DNA of 63,553 bases from contig NC_069002.1 of NCBI RefSeq assembly GCF_001194135.2, forward strand, positions 2,488,252 to 2,551,804. Direction: 5' to 3'. The DNA comes from Octopus bimaculoides (lineage: Eukaryota). How positions within the stretch are numbered: position 1 is the stretch's first letter; every line of letters begins with the position of its first letter. Shown here piece by piece: positions 52,376 through 63,553 of the stretch. The notes beneath the pieces are model-generated. The model searched no databases. It saw only the letters and a list, made by a program, of their open reading frames with translations, and was not told the DNA's origin. The position numbers and the translations under genes are program-made.

Positions 52376-52920
52376 GATAGACAGACAGATACATAATCAT
52401 GCGCACATACACACACACGTATATATATATATGTAATATATGCATGATTACAACGATATATAACTACTAATGCGTGTCATATACAACAAGATATGCGCCA
52501 TCGTGGTTTCCAATGCAAAGCAAGACCCAGATAGGCTTTCGTCATGGGTGGCGATATAATCCACCTTAACACATCAATCCATATCTTCAATTTTCTGTAA
52601 GATGTAGGAGATATCATCATTGTTATGTTTGTTCATGTAGTTGCTGTTGCAGCTGTCTTTGGCATTGGTGCTGTTGTTGTTGTAGTTGTTGTTATACATA
52701 TCGGCAGCGTTGTTGATGTCGTCAACGCGGCTTTCACTTGTTGCCGTTGATGCCGTCGGCGAATAGTCGTCGTTGTTTTTCATTCGTTGGCTTTATTCAG
52801 ACTGTTTTCCATTGTTGTTGTTTCTTTCAGAAATATTCTTCCGGATATGCATCTCAATAAATAATCATTTCTATACAAACACCCCACATACATACACTTA
52901 CAATCCTCTGCGTGTGTGTA

Positions 52921-52965
<45 letters not shown>

Positions 52966-53313
52966 NNNNNNNNNNNNNNNNNNNNNNNNNNNNNNNNNNN
53001 NNNNNNNNNNNNNNNNNNNNNNNNNNNNNNNNNNNNNNNNNNNNNNNNNNNNNNNNNNNNNNNNNNNNNNNNNNNNNNNNNNNNNNNNNNNNNNNNNNNN
53101 NNNNNNNNNNNNNNNNNNNNNNNNNNNNNNNNNNNNNNNNNNNNNNNNNNNNNNNNNNNNNNNNNNNNNNNNNNNNNNNNNNNNNNNNNNNNNNNNNNNN
53201 NNNNNNNNNNNNNNNNNNNNNNNNNNNNNNNNNNNNNNNNNNNNNNNNNNNNNNNNNNNNNNNNNNNNNNNNNNNNNNNNNNNNNNNNNNNNNNNNNNNN
53301 NNNNNNNNNNNNN

Positions 53314-53344
<31 letters not shown>

Positions 53345-53692
53345 TTCCATTCTCGCTTTTATTTCTCTTACATGTTCCCCTAAATCGAGTCATGTCCTCT
53401 TCGTATTATTTATTATGACAACTGTTTCATTCATTTTAGATGTTTTTCTTCCTTTACTTTTTCTATTCTGCATGTTTTCTTATATTATTTTATCAGCAAA
53501 CGGAGGAGTTAGCTACTCCGAGTGATGGGATTCGATATGGTTTACTACGCGCTTTCTCCTTACATTTCTACAATCACACATTGCGATCGGAAAAAAAAAT
53601 ACTATATGAGGATGTGTACGCATGTACATACATACATAAATACGTACATACTTACATACATACGTAAACATACACACAAACAAATACACATC

Positions 53693-53795
<103 letters not shown>

Positions 53796-54121
53796 GCACA
53801 CAAACACACGCACAAACACACGTACAAACACACAAACACAACTAAATGAAATGTATTGCATATCCATTTGAATATTTCTTCCTGTTATTTAGATCGGAAA
53901 TGCATTATCCCTTTCTTGCAGTGATATGCTTTCCATATATATATATATATATATATATATAGGTTTTAGAGGGGAGGGGTCGACGGAGGTGAAATTAAAA
54001 GAAAAAGAAACGATATTCTCTATTCCGTTCTTCTAGTATCAACTTTCAACAATGCGCATGTGTAATTATGTATGAGTTTCTGTTTATCTCTCTCAACATG
54101 TTTCTATTTATATACTTACTC

Positions 54122-54165
<44 letters not shown>

Positions 54166-54799
54166 AACCTTAATACACAAATACGGGGCCACATATGTGC
54201 ACACGCAAAGAAAAGGACACGTGTAGACATGTGTGTGAATAAATGTATGCTAACCTATGTGCACACATATACCTCGTTATTTCCATAAGTAATATACTGT
54301 AAGTGTATGCAGTTGTATAAAATATATACCTTTATAGAAAAGAACGCACACACACACGCACACTCATATATATGATATTATGCACACAGAAACATATCTA
54401 TAGAAAGATGCATGTACGTATATACACATCTATATTTATATATATTTCCATATATACATATAGACTTGCATATGTGAGTTTGTGCGTGGGGGGGGGATTG
54501 CGTATACATATATAACGGAAGAGAAATTGCTTAGCCGTAAACATTTCAATTTTAGAACAAAACATTTTGTAATTTTATTATCGGTGGTATTTCTACCATA
54601 AAATACCCTTAGCACATAATACAGTGAAGCAACTATATACATGGTTGTCGAGGTAATATTGTATAGTTTGGAACATGATACACCTTGTCTAAAGAACGCT
54701 GATGTGGCGCCAGTAAGTGTTTTCTCCGGTAGCTGCTTATGCGACGGTGAATATAAGTGTGGGTATGTTTGCGTATGCGTGTGTGCGCGTGTGTATATG

Positions 54800-54945
54800 T
54801 ATCTTTTATCATTTTCAATCGAATGAGAGAACGGTCGTATTTTTTTTTAAGCCTGATACTTATGGTATCGAGCTCTCTTGCCGAACTGCTTAGTCGAGCA
54901 GACGAAAATTCAGTAGTGCCAGTTGTGAAGTGGTATTGCAAGACC
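54800..54945 (-). mobile_element. SINE family A, 3' half
   Basis: aagcctgatacttatggtatcgagctctcttgccgaactgcttagtcgagcagacg is the reverse complement of the family A body. A CA/TA microsatellite lies upstream on the minus strand. Confidence 0.6.
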
Positions 54946-55358
54946 TATACGTAGATATGTGTATGTGTTTTTGTGTTTTTGTGTTTGTGTGTGTGTGTAT
55001 ATGTAATATATATATAAATATAGGCAAATAACAAGAAATACGTAAACAAACGAGGGATAATCGAGTGAAATACGTAAAGAACGCGAAAAAAATGGCAAAC
55101 AGGATAAGTTAGCACAGAGAAAGCACCCTTCATCACTTATCGCCTGTCTATCTATTCCTTTCATTTCGAACATTCAACGACAATATGTGACTTCAAAGAC
55201 AGTTGTTCTCATAAATTTTAAATTAAAATTTCGGATTTATGGAGGGTCAAATTTGGGAGCAAAAAAATGACGGTGGAGAAATGCAAGGAAACAGAACGAA
55301 AACAAACATGAAGGGTCGTTAGACCAGAACGAGAGGAAAATAGTGAACGCTGGGAGAA

Positions 55359-55441
<83 letters not shown>

Positions 55442-56572
55442 CTTACATACACGTGTGTCCTCGCGAGTGTGTGTGTCTATATTTACATACACTAACACGC
55501 ACTCACATATACACATAACATATACAAACCAGAGGCGTGAGCTGTCAATCCATACGTAAGCACACAGGCAAATATATCATAATTGTTTTCGCTAGCTATG
55601 TCTTTCAAGACGTCTGTTGCATTCATTAACAACTTAACAAAAAGATATTTGGCACATTTGATTCCACGTTGATTGAATCAGAAGTAAAGAAGCTGCGATT
55701 CATGAAACTGTAAACTTATTTAACGTCATATATTTAATGTTTATATTTTAATGTTATATTGCCAAATTTATAGCTAACACCAAGATATCTATATAATTTC
55801 TAAGTCCCTGGAAACGCTATATAATTCCTAAAGAAATTATGGATATCTTTATAACCACTTATGATGCTGAGCGTATTATATTTGAGATTTTTGATTGCAT
55901 TTCTATCGGAAAAATGTCTGTGCAATATCACAGTTGATCTAACAATGCTATTATTGTATAATGGCGTTTATGACGATAGTGAAAGCCTGTGATGAGAGAT
56001 TGAAAGTGGTGAAAACTGAGAGAGAACGTGATAGAAAGAAAAAATGGAGATAAGAAGATACAGAGAGGGTCTCTTAGCAAATAGAATAGAGCAACAGAAA
56101 GAGTAAGAGGGAAAATGTTAGTAGAAAGAAATAGTCACATCAGACGATGTAACACGTAGATTAATAGTTAAATATACACGTATATTTACATACGTGTAGA
56201 CACATACAGACACACAAAAATATATATGCACACACTCACTTGGCCACGCATATATATACATCCTTACGTTCATTACATTTACATGCATATATTACATAAA
56301 TATATATATATATATATACATATGTATGTGTATGATATACATACAGTATATATATATATATATATATATATATATNNNNNNNNNNNNNNNNNNNNNNNNN
56401 NNNNNNNNNNNNNNNNNNNNNNNNNNNNNNNNNNNNNNNNNNNNNNNNNNNNNNNNNNNNNNNNNNNNNNNNNNNNNNNNNNNNNNNNNNNNNNNNNNNN
56501 NNNNNNNNNNNNNNNNNNNNNNNNNNNNNNNNNNNNNNNNNNNNNNNNNNNNNNNNNNNNNNNNNNNNNNNN

Positions 56573-56625
<53 letters not shown>

Positions 56626-57024
56626 GACAGACATGACATGCAGACAGATAGGCAGACAGAGCGAGAAAGAGATAGGTTTCCGCGCTCAAATCGACATTAA
56701 TGCAAACTCATGCATTCCCATTATAGCACCCTCATAGCCCTTCCCTCATACATATACGATAGGAAGCAGAGGAAAACAGAGACAGTGAAAATACGCGCAC
56801 TTATCTACATTTTTTATAGCTACATATGTAAAATTATGACGTATCTAAGACTCCATATGTTGTAGCACTCGGTTAGAAACTGAAGTTAAATGACTCTGAA
56901 ATCATTTCCCAGCATATTTCGTTAAAAACCCTTTGGATTCTTATAGTTTCAAATTTCGATTAGACCGTACAACATTTACAAAATTCCTGACGCGTCAAAC
57001 AAATTGTCTAGCGGCGTTTCTTCC

Positions 57025-57125
57025 AGCTCAAATTTTATCGTGACCGGTAAAATAAAGTACCAATCATGCACTGGGAACGATGTAATCGACTAGCTTCCTT
57101 CCACACATTTCAAAACTTGCGCCGA
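57025..57125 (+). mobile_element. SINE family B fragment
   Basis: ggtaaaataaagtaccaatcatgcactgggaacgatgtaatcgactagcttcc. Confidence 0.6.
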
Positions 57126-59208
57126 TATTAGAAACAATTATATGTTTCGTCGATCGCGGTTGAACAACCTCAACCACCACAACAACGTTATTTACATAAT
57201 ACATTATGCTAAACTAATTCTATAAATCAAAGACTACATTAACTGATGACAAAATTCTGGCTTTGTTCAGTAAAATTCTTTAAATAAGTAAAAAAACAAA
57301 AAAATCAAATTAATTATCCGTTACAGCAGCACGAATGAAACACTGCGCAGCACAAGTTACAAGAGCAACAACAATAAGAAGAATATGAAGTCATTTGAAT
57401 GAAAAATAAATAAATAGATGAAACGAAATGCAGACATTTACTAAATTTGCAATCTTCATTAGATTAGTGATAGCGTCAGAAAGATAAGCAATTTTAGTAA
57501 ATGGTGTTGCAGTTGCAGTGACCTAGACATGATGGTATTTGAAGAGGAGATAACCGCAGAGAGTTAAAGAAATGGCGTCTAAAGATGAAAATTAATTCGA
57601 TTGATCGTAGTCATACGATTAGTATAGAACAGGTTCCGGCAAAATCAGAGAGGAATATCTAATTTTCAATGTAATCAATGTTGACAAAGGATGTTAAAAA
57701 AAAAACAGAAACTTGAAACATGAAACCACATAAGTGTATCATATTTCAAGAAACCAGCTGTGCTTAGCAATTTACTTCAAAATTAACAGGAAAAGGTTGA
57801 AAACAAGAAGAGCTTCTCGAAATGAGATTAGAGACCTCACTGAAGCGGCTCTCACTCATTTTGTCGTAGCTTGTATTGGCATAATCCTTAGATACATTGT
57901 TTTCCTCGTTATCGTTTTTCTGTTCACATTCTGTGCCCTCTATTACGTTCCATAGTCAGCTGACACCACTGTTTTGTCATGACTACGATTTTCTCTGCAT
58001 TCGGACGTTGTGATATTCGCCTCTCTCATTTTGGTTATGAATATTATGCACCATGTAGTTTCCATTCCTGCGCCTGTATGTAATATATATGTTTCAATTA
58101 CCACTATATAATTGTTATTATTTAGGTATAAGGCCAGTAATTTCAAGATAAGAGAGTTAGTATTACTTGATTGGAGCTTTATTTTATACACCCTCGAAGC
58201 AGGGAAGGCTAAGTTTGCCCTGATACTGTTTTAATGTAGAACGTAGAGGGGCAGTAAAATATACCGCGACTAATGATTGTGCTAGTCCACTGCCCTCGGT
58301 CATTATACTTTCGAATGAGACCGAAACAGACATCTTTTTCTTACAAATAAGCTAAAACAACGTTATTTTAATTATGGATTGATGAATCTCTTTAGGTTTA
58401 TAATTTTGATCATAATATATTGACACTAACTTAATTATTGTTAAAGTGTGTGTATGCGTGAGTGCGTCTGTGCGTGCGCACATTTTGATAGATAGAAATG
58501 TTGATAGAATCATAGAGCGATATACAGATGCTTGTCAGGATTATTTATTCGAAAACTATTCTAGTTTCCTACAACTAGCAATTTATATCCTCCTGCATTA
58601 ACTTGGTAAGTCTACCCCAGTAATTTGGCAAGATTACTAAGGTGAATGTCTCATTAATAAGGCAATAATCAATGCATGACATATCAGAAATCAACTCCCG
58701 TACAGAACGACAGAATTAAAATAATGGCGTGCATTCTGAAATACTGGATTATTCTGTACCGCTTCACTGTTGCAATTTAAATTTTAATCATTTGCTGCAT
58801 CATATACGTTAACTATACCATAACACTTTCACAAACGTAGCTTGTTTTTTTCACTAAGCACAAAGGTACATTTTATAAAATCTGCAATAGGAGGAGTTTG
58901 GGATATCTTTTCTTTTACGTACGGTATTAACATCGTGCGTTTTGAATATCACTAGCGTTCGTCTATGGATAATCAAAGTACGATTTTATCTCTGCAATTC
59001 AGTACAATGTTTTAGCTATTGAACAAAGAAAGCAGCCCATCCGTATGTGGCCCTTGTAATATCGACATGCTGTGCCCCACCATTAAGATCTAACACATGC
59101 ACGTTTATATATACATATATGTATATGTTCACACGCATACACAAGCATACATGTCTATATCCATACACACACACATATATATATATATATGTATATATGC
59201 ATATGTAG

Positions 59209-59248
<40 letters not shown>

Positions 59249-59867
59249 AGACACACACATATACACATATATAATGTGTTTCACGCTATAAAAGACGAGG
59301 TATGATCGGGCACATAAAATGTGCTTTATTAGCTATTGAAGGTAGAAAATAATTACTTCTTACACAGAGAGAAGAATCTCACATCCACAGTAGGCGGGAT
59401 ATGAGATTGTGTAATGTAATGTCTATACGTTTATCAAGAACATTTGTTATTTAACTGAAACGTAAATGTCCATAAACAGGTTTTATAAATCGACTTTTCT
59501 AGAGATTAAACTCTACAACGATCGACTGATGTATAGAAATCCATTCCATATTTACTGATAAAATGTAGATATAATGTATCTACCTACGTCATAGATATGG
59601 AAGAAGTGTTGGCGAAGAATGGCAGTTATAATAAACATCATACTATATTCACACTATATATATGTTTTAGTGTCGGCTTTAATTTGAGTTCAGCATTTAG
59701 ATTTTGTGATAACGGGCAGAGTTTGTGTCTGATTCAAGGCAGGTGCGATATAGATAGAGAATGTAAAAAGACTAAAGCGACTAAAGATTAACAGTGGATT
59801 GTGACATTGCAGACAGACCTTTCCTTTATTCCATTATCGAACGGTGTTTTAAAGAGGACAACTCAAT

Positions 59868-59919
<52 letters not shown>

Positions 59920-60101
59920 CATGTATACCTGTGTTTCCGTGTGTGTGAGAGTATACATATGCGCGCGCGCAAGCACACATATATGCGTATAAATGTAATT
60001 GCATATATGCATATAGCGAGAGCGAGAGAGAGTGAGCAAGAGAGAGAGAGTGTGTGAGAAAGAGAGAGCGCAGGAAACGAAGGGCGAAACCAGAGCGATA
60101 T

Positions 60102-60104
<3 letters not shown>

Positions 60105-60185
<81 letters not shown>

Positions 60186-60583
60186 TAGATAGACAGGCAG
60201 ACAGACAGACAGACAGACAGAATAAGCAAATGCGTTCCTTCATTCTATATATTTCCCTTTTTGTCTATCCATAACTGTCAGTTTTCCTGTGCTTGCTTTC
60301 CCGCATCCCACGTTACCATTTGATTGAAATGAAAGAAAAAATGGTGATATAAAACATAAGAGTGAACGATAGAGAGGATGTGTAAGGGGGGGGGAGAAGG
60401 AGGAAGAGGATAATGTCAACAGAGAGTGAGAAGAGTGGTGTTGAGAAGGAGGTAAGAGACATAAAGCAGAACAGTATTTCTATTGAAACAAACAAATACA
60501 CAAAAAGATAATAGATAATTTATAAAAGCAATGTTAGGTTATGGGACTTAATTAGCCGAGTTCTGTGTTTCGTGACAAGCAAA

Positions 60584-60647
<64 letters not shown>

Positions 60648-60665
60648 GAAGAAAGAAAGAAAGAT
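60105..60665. repeat. (AG)n, (GATA/GACA)n and (AAAG)n arrays
   Basis: Seen directly: (AG)n at about 60112-60183 and (AAAG)n at about 60580-60665. Confidence 0.95.
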
Positions 60666-60718
60666 GTAATGCTGTAAACAAACAAAAGATTAACATGAGA
60701 CAAACAAAAATTCCTTTC

Positions 60719-60753
<35 letters not shown>

Positions 60754-61423
60754 CACATATATCTATTTCATATATAATAGCATAACGTATAAGTAATTAT
60801 GTGTGTGTGTGTCTGTGTAAGTATATATAGACATGTGTATACATATATACGTGCATTAAATATATACATACACATATTTATATATGAATATATATGTATA
60901 TGTATATATATGTATATATATATATATGGGTATATATGAATGTACATATATATATATGTACATTTATATATAAATATATATGTATGTATGTACATATATA
61001 TGTACCCATAAAAATATGTATGTATATATTATACATGTTTATTTACATCATCTAAAAACTTACATATATATATGTATATATGTATAGTCCACGTAATGAT
61101 TATAGTAAAAATAACAATGTAAGTAACGTTAATAAGTGTAATAACAATAATGATTGAAATGAAATTAGGAATAATGAACAAAATAATAAAAGGAAGATTC
61201 GACGTATAAGATTGAATAAAATCGTAGAAGTAAACAAGAATCAATGTAAATCTTTAAAAGAAAAATAAATGAATATAGAAAATATATTGAAAGATTAATG
61301 AAATTTAGCGAGGTCACCTAGATGTGACCTTATCAAATCAAATCGAAATCGGAATATACATACATGTGTGCGTCTGAGCGAGTGTTTATATATCTACAGA
61401 CATACATGCACACACACAAACAC

Positions 61424-61460
<37 letters not shown>

Positions 61461-61728
61461 NNNNNNNNNNNNNNNNNNNNNNNNNNNNNNNNNNNNNNNN
61501 NNNNNNNNNNNNNNNNNNNNNNNNNNNNNNNNNNNNNNNNNNNNNNNNNNNNNNNNNNNNNNNNNNNNNNNNNNNNNNNNNNNNNNNNNNNNNNNNNNNN
61601 NNNNNNNNNNNNNNNNNNNNNNNNNNNNNNNNNNNNNNNNNNNNNNNNNNNNNNNNNNNNNNNNNNNNNNNNNNNNNNNNNNNNNNNNNNNNNNNNNNNN
61701 NNNNNNNNNNNNNNNNNNNNNNNNNNNN

Positions 61729-61761
<33 letters not shown>

Positions 61762-63364
61762 TATATATATATCTGTATATATATTTCATAAATATATATA
61801 GACATATATAGAAAAGCATGCATATACATACATACATGCACACTTATATACACACATACATACATACACCCATACATACATACATACATACACACATACA
61901 TACATACATACATACATACATACATACATACATGCATACATACATACATATGTGTCCGTGTGTGTGCGCTCGTGCGCCTATAATGTATGTACGTAAATAT
62001 ATACACATAGACACTTGTCAGCGCGTGTGTACTAATATATAAGTACATATGTGAAAGTGAGAGTGAAGAGAGAGATGAGAGAGAGAGAAAACGAAAGTGC
62101 GTTAGAGATGATACAGTGAGAAAGAAGAATAGAAAATGTGTAATAAATAGTAGAAAAGAAATTATTTAAACAATGAATGAATTTTAAAATGCTTCAACAT
62201 GACATATAATAAAAGAAAAAAAACAACAAAAAAACAAAAAAGAAACAATTAGACACAACCACAATGACTGATTTATACGTGGCGAAAATTTAGGATTTGA
62301 TTGGTTGAATATACTGATAACAATGTGGGCGATGTTAATGCATTCAATATATTCAGGGAATTGTATAATTGACCAAGGGAATAGCTTATCAGTGATAAAG
62401 AGTCTGACAATTAAAATAAGGAGAAATTGATGGTACTGCAATTGATAAAACATTAACATATACACTCATAACTATATCAAATATATCAGACTTATTACAT
62501 TATTGCAAAGAATATACATTTAGAGATGGAGTGAGAGAAAAAAGAGGGATGCACATCAGTAAGCAAAGACATATGTTGATATATCTATCGATATATATAT
62601 ATATATATAAGAAAGAGACACACACATACATACATGCACATATACACACATACATGCATACATGCACAAACAAACTAAAGTACCCTGTTGTTGATGTTCA
62701 AATTCTAAAGAAGGCACCTTGGTTCTAGGTAAAAAACCGGTTCTTTATTGGCAAAAAAATCTTCAAATAAACTGAATAATGACAAACATACATACATGCA
62801 TACAAACATACGCACATACATACATGCATATATACATGCGTATGTATGCGCCTCTGTGAGGTGCATGCGAAGTGTGTTGAGTTTCTTTTAGGAGAGGAAG
62901 TCATGGCAGTCCTAGATTGTCGTAATTTCAGTCTATAAGAATGTAATGAGAGGTTCTGAGAATATATATATATATTTACGGAATGCGTTTTAGCCACTCC
63001 CTTGGTAGGAACACACAAAGATGTCTTTAAGACAATAGACACCCCTTCCATCATTGGCTAACACTTTAAAATATATACCAACCTATATTTAAAGAAGACT
63101 TCAATGAAAAATCTCCAGACATGTTCTTGATGCCCATACAGAAGATAAAGTACTTTTACTTAGATTTTTTAAATAAGAGGTCGCCGTTTTTAATTTCCTA
63201 ATTATTTATATAGTGACACAAAAATGGCAAAATATTATTACAATAATACTGGCAAGGGGCGAAGGTGTGTTGGAAATTGTTTTAATCAGTTGTTTGCGTA
63301 GAATATACCATAAAATGACATACGATAGCTTACCGATTACGTAACGCAACCTCAGACGCGTCCT

Positions 63365-63404
<40 letters not shown>

Positions 63405-63514
63405 GGGATATGTATTCATAGACTGATACATATCTGTACATGTGCGTGTATATACAGAATTACATACATACCGATATATATGTATATATATATGTAATAT
63501 ATGTATGTATATAT

Positions 63515-63553
<39 letters not shown>

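Noticed and set aside
57734-57955. + strand ORF resembling a GPCR ICL3/TM6 segment
   Set aside because: No other TM segments or GPCR motifs in frame. The hydrophobicity is what the antisense of an N/E/K/D-rich frame produces.

Overview
This is an AT-rich eukaryotic draft-assembly window with 16 N gaps, nearly all bordered by (TA)n. It is extremely dense in di-, tri- and tetranucleotide microsatellites. The repeat landscape and SINE types fit a coleoid cephalopod, most likely Octopus; this is an inference from recalled repeat consensus, not from a search. I found no intact protein-coding gene, rRNA, true tRNA or CRISPR array, and most entries in the ORF track are microsatellite or N-gap artefacts. 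The well-supported content is decayed transposons: three R4/Dong-like RLE LINE pieces, several RTE-type LINE pieces, a gag/ORF1-like CCHC zinc-knuckle fragment, two different mariner relics plus an orphan mariner end, and many tRNA-derived SINE copies from about four families. The most notable non-TE signals are (i) two near-canonical RFX X-boxes (29670 and 38518), the second in a repeat-poor, promoter-like island, (ii) a local duplication about 1.42 kb apart carrying a candidate 22-nt microexon whose donor is dead in one copy, and (iii) several small minus-strand exon candidates that can be joined in frame. Together these suggest the window is largely intronic or promoter sequence of an unidentified, possibly ciliary gene. 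That model is unproven, and I cannot support a genuinely new biological system from the sequence alone.
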